NCBI GenBank assembly: GCA_963785305.1
Contig: CAWAUV010000005.1
Span: 576,001 to 640,000, forward strand
Source of the DNA: an uncultured Planctomycetaceae bacterium
GTDB taxonomy: Bacteria > Planctomycetota > Planctomycetia > Pirellulales > PALSA-1355
Length of the DNA stretch: 64,000 bases
Reading direction: 5' to 3'
The notes below the pieces were generated by a model that worked only from the letters and a program-made list of their open reading frames with translations, was not told the origin of the DNA and ran no database searches. Made by a program: the position numbers and the translations under genes. Shown here piece by piece: positions 40,789 to 52,041 of the stretch. Position 1 is the first letter of the stretch; each line of letters opens with the position of its first letter.

Positions 40789-42174
40789 TCACCTACTCTC
40801 GATCAATGTAGTTCTTCTTTTGGAGCTCCGTGAATTTGTCGTGCGTTCGGCGAGGGAATCAATCACATCCACGATCAAAACGTGCGTGCCGCTTTCTTCT
40901 CTTGTCGTTCGGGGCGGAAAGTTTCTGATCTTGAGCGGCGCGGAAGTTCCCGCCGCGCGGATTATGATTTGCGCGTCCACGCCGAATTTCGCGGCGCGGG
41001 TCTCGGTGACTATCGCATGCGGCGACTCGATGTTCGGAGTGAGGTTCCGTCGGGCCGGTTCGTTCGCGGTGTCGATCCGCCAGGTCGGCAGCAGCCGCGC
41101 TAGTTCGCGAGCATGCTCCGCCGATTCGACCAGGATGGCCACCCGCGGATCTTCTCGTGTACCTAATTGCCCAACTACTATGTGCTCGCGCATGTGCTCC
41201 AGCAGCGCCCTGTCAGGATTGTCCGCGAGCCCAACCGCCATATTGGCGACGAGCTTATTGCGCGCGGCATTCAGCCAAAACCGTTCTCGCTTTTGCGTCA
41301 GGCGAGAGCCCGCTCTCCGCGGCTTTTTTCCTTCCGCTAGGAGGTATGTTCTCGCGATCTGTTTTCGCGGTCGTCGGCCTGTGCTGATCACGGGACCGGT
41401 CAGCGCCTGGAGCGCGAAGTTGCGCCAAGAGTCGTTACGACGGTTGCGCTGGACGAGCGCGAATCGCCGCCGATAATGGGCGTCGCCGTGCCATCGTCGG
41501 TTGATCGCGCTCAGGCCCCAGAGTTCGCCGCCATCGAGCACTATCAGGATGTCTCGCCGATCATCACGCGGCAACATGTGTGACGTGCCCACGAGGATGC
41601 GACCGATGCGCCGCACGCGACCGCTGACGGCCAATCGTACGTCCTTGCTCAGTTGCTCTGCCAACCGATTCCGGCATTCGATCACGGCGCGGCGAGTGGC
41701 GGCGCAAATGTCGATTCGCCCCCGCGGCCAAATCCGCGCCAACTGCCCAACGACATCGATCGCGTCGGCGACGTCGGTGACCTCGACCTGCCCCAGGGGA
41801 TTCGCGAGCATGGTCCGTAGCCGGCGGCGGTCACGCGCCGGGAGCTCGTCGAGATATTGTTTGGCCCGGGCGAGCCGCGAGCTCCGTCGTCGCTGATCGA
41901 CGATTTGTGCGCCGATGCCGTCACGGCCAAGCCGCTCCACGACGCGCTCCATCAGCCCGGCCGGGAAAAAAAGCAATCCGCCCCCCCTCTTGCATACCTG
42001 AGCGAACATCCGCGGTGAAATTTCATCGTCGATTCCATGTGGCCCGTCCAGGCGATGCGTTATGCGGTTGTACGTCAATGCGTCCACCACGATCTCCAGT
42101 ATCCCGGGGGGACATTGGCCGAGCGTGGCGTGTAGACGACTGTCAACTGTGATCGTGACGTGATGGTTTGACAT
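40789..42174 (-). CDS. SF2 helicase-like protein with degenerate ATPase motifs
   Basis: FPAGLMERV N-terminal motif and RecA-like alternation (RILVGT, DILIVLD, RVAILVES..HA, IIIRAAG, LIVDVID); no GKT or DExH. Confidence 0.5.
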   Translation of the reverse strand: MSNHHVTITVDSRLHATLGQCPPGILEIVVDALTYNRITHRLDGPHGIDDEISPRMFAQVCKRGGGLLFFPAGLMERVVERLGRDGIGAQIVDQRRRSSRLARAKQYLDELPARDRRRLRTMLANPLGQVEVTDVADAIDVVGQLARIWPRGRIDICAATRRAVIECRNRLAEQLSKDVRLAVSGRVRRIGRILVGTSHMLPRDDRRDILIVLDGGELWGLSAINRRWHGDAHYRRRFALVQRNRRNDSWRNFALQALTGPVISTGRRPRKQIARTYLLAEGKKPRRAGSRLTQKRERFWLNAARNKLVANMAVGLADNPDRALLEHMREHIVVGQLGTREDPRVAILVESAEHARELARLLPTWRIDTANEPARRNLTPNIESPHAIVTETRAAKFGVDAQIIIRAAGTSAPLKIRNFPPRTTREESGTHVLIVDVIDSLAERTTNSRSSKRRTTLIESR

Positions 42175-42326
42175 GGCGTTCGCAATTCCATTAGCGCTAA
42201 TGCATACAAGTTTCAGTATTTTTCGCAAGTGCGGACCTGCTCCAACGGCGTCCGATGTGGATTACCGGGCGAAGCTAGGACTTCTGAGCAAGTACATGTA
42301 TTCAGCCTCAGCCAATGCGGCGACAT

Positions 42327-42668
42327 TCAGCCGACCGAGGCCGGATGCACGTCGCCGCCCATTCCGCCGGCAATTAAACGATCGACTTGGTCGTGCGCGA
42401 TAAGCAACCGCCCTTTTGGCCCGCACCCCGCGATTCGCACCGCCTTGATACGGCCCTCACTGATCCAGCGTCTCACCGTATAGGGCGTCCGGCCGACCAA
42501 CTCGGCGACCTCCTCGACTGCCAAATTCTCCTTCCGTTTTTTTGAAAGCTGGTCGCGAATGTCTTCGACAGCGATCTTTAGGTAATGAAGAATTTCGATC
42601 ACGTCCTTTGTCTCGCCACCAGACCGCGGCGGAATTTGATCCGCGGCCGCGCTTAAAAAATTTTTCAC
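42327..42668 (-). CDS. Excisionase-like HTH DNA-binding protein
   Basis: LAVEEVAELVGRTPYTVRRWISEGRIKAVR. Confidence 0.85.
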   Translation of the reverse strand: MKNFLSAAADQIPPRSGGETKDVIEILHYLKIAVEDIRDQLSKKRKENLAVEEVAELVGRTPYTVRRWISEGRIKAVRIAGCGPKGRLLIAHDQVDRLIAGGMGGDVHPASVG

Positions 42669-43301
42669 CTATGATGTCTCCAGCGATGGTTGCGACCGGA
42701 GACCGTCGACCCCGAGGTGAGACAGATCCGGCCTTGTTGGCCCGAACCGAGGGAGAAGCAAGCATCGAGGAGCCAATGGCAAACGGCCAAAAGCAGAGGG
42801 GCAGAGGCCCCATGCAATAAAGCGTCCAGAACCGGCGCACGCGCCAGCTTCTTACTCAGTCCCGGCCGGTCTAATTGGACGCTATAGGAGAAAAGAACTC
42901 CCAAGCAGATGAAAGGGACTACCCCGGTCGGCCAGCAAAGAGGCTCGAAATACCGAGCCTCAGCCCCTTCAACTCTATTTATACAACGCACGGCCTTTGG
43001 CGGCAAGGGTATCGCATGGAATATTATTCCGAGTCGATAATGCAATACCAAAGGCGACGGAAAAAGATCGAATCGTTATGGAAGCAAACAAGTCTAAGCA
43101 GGTGTGCTTCCGAGCTTGCGAACCGTGCAGTTGCCGGATCAGCTTCCGAACTGGATTGGTGCGACCGACGACAAAGTGGCATTGGCTGACAGGCCGCGGC
43201 TACCCCGCGGCGCGTTGAAGCCGGTGCCCGGAGGGCGCGTTATACCAGCCAGCGATTGGTTGGGTGTTTTCTGTTATTGCCGTGATATGATCGGTCGCGA
43301 C

Positions 43302-45616
43302 CTAAATTCTCGCGGCTTCCGAGAATCGATCCGCACATGGCGATTCCGGCCAAGTCTGGATAATTCGGGCGCTGGCCGGAGCGGATAGGCCGCGCAGGAT
43401 CGGCCACTGTGCCGCCATCAGTATTCCTTCCGGGTCCTCTAGAGCTTGAATCAGCGACTCCGTATGCTCCTCAGGCACTTCCAATAGAACCTCGCCATCG
43501 ATCACCGCCACGAGCTCAAGGCCGCCCGCCACGATCGCATAGGCGATTGCCTTCATTGCCTCGTCGGCGACCAGCAACCACTGCTGACGTTTGGCCTCGC
43601 AGGCAAAACCCGGCGACGCCACACGGCCGGCGGCCGTGATCAGACGGTAAGTCAGAACACGGTCGACGATCTCGTCGTCGTTCTCCGGTTCGGCCACGTT
43701 ATGGCGGCCACGGTGTTCGTTGATAAACATCCATAGCGGGCTGTCGCGATCGCCACCCAGCAGCGTATTCCGCAGATGATCATCGAGAGTAGCATGACCG
43801 AACGCATTTGGAAAAGCACGACGGGCGACGTCGACACCGACGTCCAGCACCGCGCAAAGCCTGTGGAAAACGTTTGCATCGAGAAATCCATTGATCTCGT
43901 AAGCGACGGCGTTCGCGAGCGAGGCTCTCAAGCGCCGCACGCGGGATTCGGACATTTCTTCGAGGCCATAGCGAGTCTTCAATAAAACACTGAGAAGTGA
44001 GTCCGGAAGCCCCAGCGGTATTGATTCGAGCAATGCTCGGCCGATCAAGCGATGCTCCCGCGGTAAATCGGCGTTAATCGGATCTACCGCATCGTCAATC
44101 CCCGGCGCCCGGCGCCAGAAGTCGAAGCGCTCGCCGCGAATTCATGATCCTGGGCCGAAAGAAGCTCTCCGCCGGCAGAGCGATATAGGTCGGCAGCAAT
44201 CTCGTTGATCGGCTCGACGTTTTCCTCAATAGACTCGAACGGCCCGGAAAAATAATGATTGGCGAGCCGAGCAACGTGGCCGAGGCCATGTCCCAAGCAA
44301 ACCTTGGCAAAGCTACGGATCTTCAGATCCGAGAGGCTGACGACAACGAACGAATTCCCGTCGTGCGGGCGAAATATCGGGGCATTGATATCCTTGACGG
44401 CCTCCAAATTCGGGCCATGAGAGCCAATGACCGGATATACGTCAAATCGAACGCAGGCCTCGTTATCGCTGGCCACAACCGAGTCGAGTTCGATCAACTG
44501 GTTAAGCTTCCGCCAAGCGGACAAGCCGCGATCGCAATCGGCCCACATCCCCCATTGCTCGGGATCGAAGGAAGGTTGCCCATCGCGCGTCTTGGGGAGC
44601 GTTGCCGACATGCCATGGAGATCACACAGACGCGTCGAAAAGCTCAGCAGCCAGTTCTTAAGCTCGTTCGCGTGAATACATGGGCGCCCGTTCTCGCGCT
44701 TCACGGTGGGCGGCGCGTTGGGCTGCCATTGGAAACACGGCTTCGCGGCCGCGTCGTCCTTGAGCTGTCGGCACGCGGACTGAAATCGCGATTTGCAATG
44801 TTCCTGAAACCCGGGTCTGTGCTCTGAATCGATTCGTAGGCTGGGCCGCGATGGTCGCTGCAACGCGATGGCCGCTTGAACATCGATCCCGACGCCCAAG
44901 ATGCCGAAAGGCTGTTCCACCAGCGGCGCGAGAGTTTTCAGCTTCTTTCCATTGAAAGCGAGGTCGCGAATGCTTTGGAATTGCTCTTCTTGATCCGGTG
45001 TCATGGTAACCGCGGCGGGTGGTCCGACGAACGCTCTGTCGATCCGCGACCGAATCTCGGTAGCCTTGCTCTCGAGTACTGCATGCAATTTCAGTGTCGC
45101 GTCGGCCAGTTGATCGAGCGAGCGGAGAAGGATCGCCGTCTTTTCCGGACCGCCATGCATGGCCGCGTCAACCATTTCCTGGACTGCGTCCTGGGTGGGC
45201 AGTTCTCGCTCAAGCAACTTTTGCGCGAGTCGTTTCAGGGTGTTGCCGCGGCCGATCGGTCGCATCTCGTAATTGCGGATCTGCTGGTCCAATAAACCTA
45301 TATCGATCAGTCGCGCCTCGCGCGAATAAGCCCAAAGCGTCTCCTGGGCATCGCCGTCTCCGATCGTCGCTTGATGAATTCGCCAGTGCAGGGAAGCGGC
45401 GTCGTGACAAACCAAGACCGCATCCCGGTGATCCGAGAGAAACGTCGCAAACTGGTCGGGCCTGATGACCGCCGCGCCGGCGCCAGAACGAGCAGCCCCC
45501 ACCAGAATTCCCGATGCGGTCCCACCGCCACCTACCCGCGTTTGGAACACGACGAGGGCGATCGGTCCGTCTCCAAGCGGTTTCTCTGCCCATTCTGGAA
45601 GCTGAGGATCATTCAT
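43302..45616 (-). CDS. Family A DNA polymerase-like protein with degenerate catalytic motifs (frameshift near 44140)
   Basis: VLVCHDAASL and LIDIGLLD (exo-like), GPNLEAV...IFRPHDGNSFVVVSLSDLKIRSFA (motif A-like), TAAGRV, LVAVIDGEVLLEVPE (motif C-like). Confidence 0.65.
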
Positions 45617-45659
45617 TTTGCGGTGCTTGAACTTACGACCGGGTTTTTGGCATAACGTT

Positions 45660-46908
45660 TCACGACGTAGTTTGGAGCGAAAAGCATTCAATCGCCGCTC
45701 GGCGGTTTTTGGGAAACAGGTGGCGGTATCGCTTGCGCATCGCCTCAGTCGTGTGCCCCATGAATTCGTCGATAATCCGTTGGTCAACCCCGGCCGCCGC
45801 CAGGTTCGACGCGAAAGAGTGGCGAAAAGTGTGAAAGCCGATTTTGTACCAGTTCCGCTTGCGATCCAAGCACCAGGTCGTGTCGCGCATCGGCGCCCAA
45901 AACAGGCGGTTAGCCGCGGCGGGACTCAATGCCGCCGATGACGTTCCATCCGTTAGCACGAGTTGCCCCGCCGGATGGTTTTCCTGCCATCGCTGGAGTG
46001 TGGCTTTGAGTTCGAACGTGAAGGTCGATGTGGCGGCTGACTTCCGCCTTCGTGCGGGACTGCTTTCGGCTCCGGGCGGTGATGAAATCATGGTCGAAGT
46101 CGATATCGTTCCAGCGCAACCGCAACAACTCCCCTCGACGCATGCCCGTGTACGCCGGTATCGCGTGCAGCAGGAACGAAACTGGGTTTTTGGCTCGCTC
46201 CCGTACGGTCGCCAGAAGTTCCGCAATTTCGCCAGGAGCGAGGTACAAGTTGTCCCATTGATCCAGCGCCTGTTTATTGTCCAAGCCGCCGCGGTTCAGA
46301 ATTGTTTCGATTTCGGCGGTCGTCTTAAACGGGTCCGGGTCCCTGGCGCCCTTGAAAGTCGGCAGGCTATTCGTCGGCGGCTCGAACGGCGGAACGTCAT
46401 CCTGCAACTGAACCCATTTGTAGAACAGGGTGAGCGTGATGCGCGCCCGATTGACGGTTTGACCGTCGCGAGTTTGCTTGAGATTCCGCAAAAAGGCTTC
46501 CAACTGGGTGCGGGTGACGAGATTGCAGGGCTGGTCTGCCTTCTTGGCCAAGAACTCGGCGAGTTGGTTCAGGTGCGTGCGCTGGGAAACCAGATAGCTT
46601 TCGGCGACCTCGCTCTCCTTGGCGGCGCGGTAGCGATCCATCAGGGTCTTTGTGCTGGGGAACACGCGCGGCGACGCGGCCTTGGGCGGCGGCGCCCAGG
46701 TCCCACCGCTGACGATGAAGTCACCGGCGTCCACGTCGGCGGGGACGCTTAGTTGGCCGGTGTGCAGTCGGTGGAGGGTCAGGTGGACTACGTGCAATGC
46801 GCCCCGCGCGTCGGGCTCGCTACGCGTCTTGAGCGACTTCTTGAACTCTTTGCCCCGATAGCGGAAGCGGACGACGTAGACGCCGTCCTTGGTGCCCAAA
46901 TTGGCCAT
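45660..46908 (-). CDS. Tyrosine recombinase/integrase (frameshift near 46020)
   Basis: YTGMRRGELLRL, FHTFRHSFASNL, MGHTTEAMRKRYRH; adjacent to tRNA 3' end. Confidence 0.93.
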
Positions 46909-47085
46909 GCCGCAGCTCCATGTGGCGAGACACTTTGGTGTCTGTTACACGGGTTGGGACCATCCCACCCGTTTGCCACACGATGCAACGTGAACGCCCT
47001 ATGAGGCACTATTGAGGCACCGGCGTCCTATTATAGGAGCGCCGGTGAAGGCAAGTGATTGACGTAAGTCCTTGTCGGATAAGAA

Positions 47086-47168
47086 TACCGGAGGTGGGAC
47101 TTGAACCCACACACCCTTGCGAGTACCGGATTTTGAGTCCGGCGCGTCTGCCATTCCGCCACTCCGGC
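47086..47168 (-). tRNA. tRNA-Leu(CAA), CCA not encoded
   Basis: GCCGGAGTGGCGGAATGGCAGACGCG, anticodon arm CCGGA-CTCAAAA-TCCGG, long variable arm, GGTTCAAGTCC. Confidence 0.96.
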
Positions 47169-47407
47169 TCAGCGGACGATTGCAACCGCAATGGCCAGCT
47201 AAGTATTTGATCTCAAGGAGCTTAGTATCTCGATCGGCGCCTGTCAATCCGGGCGCGGCGACGACGAATAACTGGGCGGAGAAAGCATCGCTTCTCGAAT
47301 GATAAGCGATTGGACCTGCTTGAAGGGCGCAATCACGGGAACTAGGATGGAGAGACCAAAGACAATGGGCTCATTAGGGCCATCCTGAGTATCCCGAGAG
47401 GAACCGA

Positions 47408-48052
47408 ATGCTTCGGGTGAATATCGGTTGCGGACAGACGCCGACCGCCGGTTGGAAAAATTTCGACAATTCCTGGAGCATTCGCCTTTCCTCCCATCCC
47501 ACGGCGACACGATTGCTATCCCTGGCCGGATTCATCACGCCAACACGAATGTCGTTTTTGACGATGGCTCGGCGGGCCAACATCCAGTGGGCCGACGCGA
47601 CCCGAAGAATTCCGCTCGAAACCGGCAGTGTCGACGCTTTGTATTCCAGTCATATGATCGAACATCTGGATCGCGCCGAGGCGAACCGGTTCTTGAATGA
47701 GGCCCGGCGTGTCTTGCGTTCGGGGGGGGTGCTTAGGTTGGCGGCGCCGGATATACGATTTCACGTGGACAATTATCTTACGGACCTCGACGCCGATCAC
47801 TTTATCGCCATGACGCTGTTGACCCGCCCGCGGCTCCGCGGCTTGCGAGCTAAACTCAAGTATTTGGCCGTCGGCGATCGCGACCACCAATGGATGTACG
47901 ATGGCAATTCACTCGTCAAATTATTGACCGCCGTTGGTTTTGCCGATGCGCGCGTAATGCCGGCGGGAGCGACTTTGATTTCAGAACCGGCGGCGCTCGA
48001 TCTGAGCGAGCGCTCACCCGAAAGCGTGTTTGTCGAAGCGTTGAATCCCTGA
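47408..48052 (+). CDS. SAM-dependent methyltransferase domain protein
   Basis: VNIGCG, SVDALYSSHMIEHL, RVLRSGGVLRLAAPD. Confidence 0.85.
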   Translation: MLRVNIGCGQTPTAGWKNFDNSWSIRLSSHPTATRLLSLAGFITPTRMSFLTMARRANIQWADATRRIPLETGSVDALYSSHMIEHLDRAEANRFLNEARRVLRSGGVLRLAAPDIRFHVDNYLTDLDADHFIAMTLLTRPRLRGLRAKLKYLAVGDRDHQWMYDGNSLVKLLTAVGFADARVMPAGATLISEPAALDLSERSPESVFVEALNP

Positions 48053-48202
48053 ACTCTAGCCACGGAGGGCGAACATGTCGGGCGAGCTGTTTGCACGCCA
48101 AGTCGGATCGCGGTCTGGTGCTTCGCGGACCGGCGGCACGAATCGGCGGCCCCGTGTTGGGCCGTGCCCTTCCATGCGTCCTTCTGAAGGGAGTTTCGAG
48201 CG

Positions 48203-49576
48203 ATGAGTGATATCGTTCAAATCGCGACCGGCTGCGCGCTGCTTGCGTCCGTGACGATCGCGCTCATCGTGGCGCCGCGTCTATGGTGGGTTTTCTTCGC
48301 CACCATGATTTGGGCGAGCACGTTTTCATTTGGCGCGGTCGACATCTCGAAATTGCAAGAGCAGGAATGGTCGGAAGCGGCGCAACTCGCGCCGGCGATC
48401 CGTCGCATCTCCGATTACAGCCGGCCGGTTTGCGGCATTATCTTGGTGGCGCTCACGGTCAGTGGGCTGACCCAGCAGCGAGGATGGCGGAACAAAAGAA
48501 TCGTCAGTGCCGCGATTTTTCTCATTGCCTTGGAGTGGTATTACTCGCTGCGAATGTTGCTCGGCGAATCGATTGGCGCCCGACCCATTTTCGCGGCGAT
48601 CACGTTTTTGCTTTTGGCCGTGCATTTCGCGGTGGTGCTCCCGAATCGCACCCAATCGACAGCGGATTTTCACAGAACCGTCTATGCGATCGCGCTCGCG
48701 GGCGTGTTTTTCGTCGTCGGCGTGTATGTGCAAATGCTGTTCGACTCGCGAGCGCTCTACGACAACCAGGGACGCATGCGTGGCACGACCTACAACGCCA
48801 ATCACGGCGGGCATACCTGCGCCGCGTTTCTCATTCCCATGATTTGGCTTGCGTTCAACGGCGGATTTAAGAAACATCTCTCGCTTGTTTGCATGGCTTT
48901 GTCGGCGATACTTGCCTTTTGGGTTCTGAAGTCTGGCTCTCGGGGGGCGATGATCGCCACGGTCGTCGGCCTCGTGCTCACGCTGCGGACCCATCGCAAA
49001 ACATTGCTTTGGGCCCTCCCTTCTCTCGCGGCGGTCTATTTGCTCGTCGCTCAGTTCAATCAAGACGTTTTAGTCGACACATCGCGAGCAACGACCGCGC
49101 TCGACACGCGCAGCGCCGCCTGGAAAATGGCGTTTGCGCAATGGCAAGCTTCGCCGATCTGGGGATATTGCAGCGGCGAGACTTTTTTTGTCGAGAATAG
49201 CTACATCTCCGCGGCATGCGCCTTTGGAATCGTGGGGCTCGTGCTGATCGTCGCTTTTACCGTGACGGCCGCTGCCGCCGGCTGGAGATTGAAACAAGAC
49301 TTCGCGCATTCCGCAAATGCGGCCACTTGTCAACGTCGCGGTCGGCGGGGTCGCGATGATTTTGACGATTGGCGTGTTCGAGAGTTTCCTGCTCGGCATT
49401 TACACCGTTTGGGTCTATTCGCTGTTTACGTATTTACGCAAATGGCGTTTTTGCAGGATTGGCTCGCGCAGCGGGCGGCCGCGCGGCGACTCGATTCGCG
49501 AGAGGCGATTGCGCGAGCGGCCCTCTGGTCGCCGGGTGTTCCCGCGACGGGATCGGCCGCGGGTTTGGCGCCCTGA
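48203..49576 (+). CDS. O-antigen ligase/polymerase family membrane protein (local frameshifts near the C-terminus)
   Basis: Multiple TM helices, RMRGTTYNAN, SGSRGA, R...W...SPIWG, ENSYI. Confidence 0.75.
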   Translation: MSDIVQIATGCALLASVTIALIVAPRLWWVFFATMIWASTFSFGAVDISKLQEQEWSEAAQLAPAIRRISDYSRPVCGIILVALTVSGLTQQRGWRNKRIVSAAIFLIALEWYYSLRMLLGESIGARPIFAAITFLLLAVHFAVVLPNRTQSTADFHRTVYAIALAGVFFVVGVYVQMLFDSRALYDNQGRMRGTTYNANHGGHTCAAFLIPMIWLAFNGGFKKHLSLVCMALSAILAFWVLKSGSRGAMIATVVGLVLTLRTHRKTLLWALPSLAAVYLLVAQFNQDVLVDTSRATTALDTRSAAWKMAFAQWQASPIWGYCSGETFFVENSYISAACAFGIVGLVLIVAFTVTAAAAGWRLKQDFAHSANAATCQRRGRRGRDDFDDWRVREFPARHLHRLGLFAVYVFTQMAFLQDWLAQRAAARRLDSREAIARAALWSPGVPATGSAAGLAP

Positions 49577-49660
49577 ACTTCGTGCAATTCTTGTATGCCC
49601 GCTGCCTACCGGGCTTGAGTACAATCCGACGCCACTTTTTCACTCCGGCGCCCGTTCTCC

Positions 49661-50848
49661 ATGGCTCTTCGCGTGCTGCATGTGATCGCGTCGCCGGATT
49701 GCCGCCGTGGCGGGCCACAGTTTGGCCTCATCGGCTTGGCGCCGGCCCAGCAAGGGGCTGGAGTCCAGGTTGAAATTGCGGCCAGTTATCAGCCCGGCGA
49801 GCGATTTGACATTCAGTCGCAGTTGGCGTCGGCAAATATCCCCGTGACCTTGATCGGTCCGACGCATGGCCCCCTGCGCCGTGCGCCCAAAATGCGATCC
49901 ACGCTCGACGGACTGATCGCCCAGGCCGATATCGTGCATATCCACGGGCTCTGGGAAGAAGTCGTGCATCAAGCGGCCCGCGGCGCCCGGGCCGCCGGGC
50001 GACCTTATGTGATCACGCCGCATGGAATGCTCGATCCTTGGAGTCTCGCCCAAAAGTGGCTCAAAAAGCGGCTCTATCTCGCTTGGCGGCTGGAGCGCGA
50101 CCTGCGCCAGGCGGCGGCGATTCATTGCATCACCGATGTGGAGCGTCGCCTTGCCGCGCCTTGGATCCCGGCAAGCCATGCCATTGTCGAACCGGCCGGC
50201 ATTCAGCTCCGCGACTTCGATCCCGCCACGTCGGGCGAACCGTTTCGCCGCCAATTTCCTGAAATCGGAAATCGGCGAATCGTGCTGTTTCTTAGTCGCG
50301 TGCATCCCAAGAAAGGCCTCGACCTGCTGATCCCGGCAATGAGCGACTTTCGCGGCGAAGACATTGTGCTGGCGATCGTAGGGCCGGGCGACGACGCCTA
50401 TCTGCGAGAGCTTCATGTGCTCATCCGCAATCATCGGCTTGAAAATCAGGTCGTTATTACCGGCATGGTAGATAATTCCATCCGCGTTTCAGCGCTGTCG
50501 GCCGCCGAACTGCTGGTGCTTCCCAGTTATCAGGAAAATTTTGGGCTCGTGGTGGTCGAAGCTCTGGCGATGGAGCGTCCGGTGGTGGTATCGGACCAAG
50601 TGCAGATTCAAGAAGAAATCGAGCCGGCGGGCGTCGGCTCGGTGGTTTCGCTCAATGTTTCGCGACTGACGACCGAAATACGTCGCTGGCTTGACGACGA
50701 ACCCGCCCGGCGCGAGGCCGGGCGCCGCGGGCGGGTCCTGGTCGAGCAACGATTCACTTGGCCGCCGATCGGAGCCCGGTGGTTCGGGCACTATCAGCGC
50801 TTACTCGACGAGAATGAAAATAGAAACGACTCGCGCCAACACTTGTAA
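49661..50848 (+). CDS. Glycosyltransferase family 4
   Basis: DIVHIHGLW, PHGMLDPW, LSRVHPKKGLD, PSYQENFGLVVVEAL. Confidence 0.92.
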   Translation: MALRVLHVIASPDCRRGGPQFGLIGLAPAQQGAGVQVEIAASYQPGERFDIQSQLASANIPVTLIGPTHGPLRRAPKMRSTLDGLIAQADIVHIHGLWEEVVHQAARGARAAGRPYVITPHGMLDPWSLAQKWLKKRLYLAWRLERDLRQAAAIHCITDVERRLAAPWIPASHAIVEPAGIQLRDFDPATSGEPFRRQFPEIGNRRIVLFLSRVHPKKGLDLLIPAMSDFRGEDIVLAIVGPGDDAYLRELHVLIRNHRLENQVVITGMVDNSIRVSALSAAELLVLPSYQENFGLVVVEALAMERPVVVSDQVQIQEEIEPAGVGSVVSLNVSRLTTEIRRWLDDEPARREAGRRGRVLVEQRFTWPPIGARWFGHYQRLLDENENRNDSRQHL

Positions 50849-50887
50849 ACATATCTTCGATCGACGACCGCAAGCGAGATCAGCCCA

Positions 50888-52030
50888 ATGATTTCCTTTG
50901 TTGACGATACGAAATTACGCATCGTCGTTTGTTGGACGCATCTTTCGGGCTATATGGCCGCCTGCTGGCACGCGCTGCGAGCCTATCCCCGAGTCGAACT
51001 GCGGGTCATCGCTTTCGCCGACGAATCGCAAGAAACCTGCACGGCTTACGATGCAAGTCTCGTGGCCGGTCTCGATTGCCACTTGCTCAGCCCGGCGGAG
51101 CGAGGCGAGCCCGCGGCGATGGCCGCGAAGGTGCGCGAGTTGGTCGCGGACTTCAGGCCCGATGTCGTGATTATCGCCGGGTGGGCGATCAACACTTATG
51201 TGCGGCTCGCGCGAGACCCGGCTTTCGACTCCAGCCTGTTTTTCATGATGATCGATACACAATGGCTTGGCACGTTACGACAGCGGCTCGGCAGGTTCAA
51301 GATCGCGGGACTTCTCTCGCGGATCGATCTCGTGATCGGGCCGGGCGAGCGCACATTTCAATTTGCGCGCCGGATCGGAATTCCGGAAAAAAAGATCCGC
51401 CGCGGAATGTATTCAGTTGACTTCGCCAGCCTAAGAACGGCGCTCGACGAACGCTTGCGGGCGTCTAGCGGTTGGCCGCGGCGATTTCTTTATGTCGGGC
51501 GATATGTCGACGTCAAGGCGATCGATGTGCTGCTCGCGGCCTATCGCCGATACCGTCAAACGACGCCCGAACCTTGGCCGCTGGCTTGCTGTGGCTCGGG
51601 CCCTTGGCAAGAACAGATTCGCCAAGCTGAAGGGGTCGAAGACCTGGGTTTCGTGCAGCCGCGAGATTTGCCTAGCGTGTTCGCGCGGCATGGCGTGTTC
51701 GTGCTGGCGAGTCGCTATGAGCCGTGGGGTCTGGTTGTGGCCGAGGCCGCCGCGGCGGGGCTGCCGGTGGTATGCAGCGAGGCTTGCGGCGCGGGCGCCG
51801 ATGTGGTTCGTTCGTATTGGAACGGCATCGCCGTGGAAACCGGCAGCGTCTCGGCGCTGGCCGCAGCCTTCGTTTGGTGCCACAATCACGCGTCGTTGCT
51901 TCCCGAGTTTGGGCGACGCGGACAATCGCTCGCCGCGCCTTTTAGCGCCGAGGCCTGGGCAGATCGGATTGTAAACTACATAGACGAGCTTCGTTGCGAA
52001 ACCCGTCTCTCGAACCAATCGGGCTCCTGA
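50888..52030 (+). CDS. Glycosyltransferase family 4
   Basis: FLYVGR...K, SRYEPWGLVVAEAAAAGLPVV. Confidence 0.9.
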   Translation: MISFVDDTKLRIVVCWTHLSGYMAACWHALRAYPRVELRVIAFADESQETCTAYDASLVAGLDCHLLSPAERGEPAAMAAKVRELVADFRPDVVIIAGWAINTYVRLARDPAFDSSLFFMMIDTQWLGTLRQRLGRFKIAGLLSRIDLVIGPGERTFQFARRIGIPEKKIRRGMYSVDFASLRTALDERLRASSGWPRRFLYVGRYVDVKAIDVLLAAYRRYRQTTPEPWPLACCGSGPWQEQIRQAEGVEDLGFVQPRDLPSVFARHGVFVLASRYEPWGLVVAEAAAAGLPVVCSEACGAGADVVRSYWNGIAVETGSVSALAAAFVWCHNHASLLPEFGRRGQSLAAPFSAEAWADRIVNYIDELRCETRLSNQSGS

Positions 52031-52041
52031 ACCCGTCCGCC

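Larger units (their letters stand above)
10536..47085 (-). mobile_element. Composite genomic island anchored at tRNA-Leu; left boundary approximate, may be more than one element
   Basis: Integrase next to the tRNA 3' end, excisionase-like gene, MGE-type hypotheticals and CRISPR-Cas, almost all on the minus strand; core genes on both sides. Confidence 0.65.
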
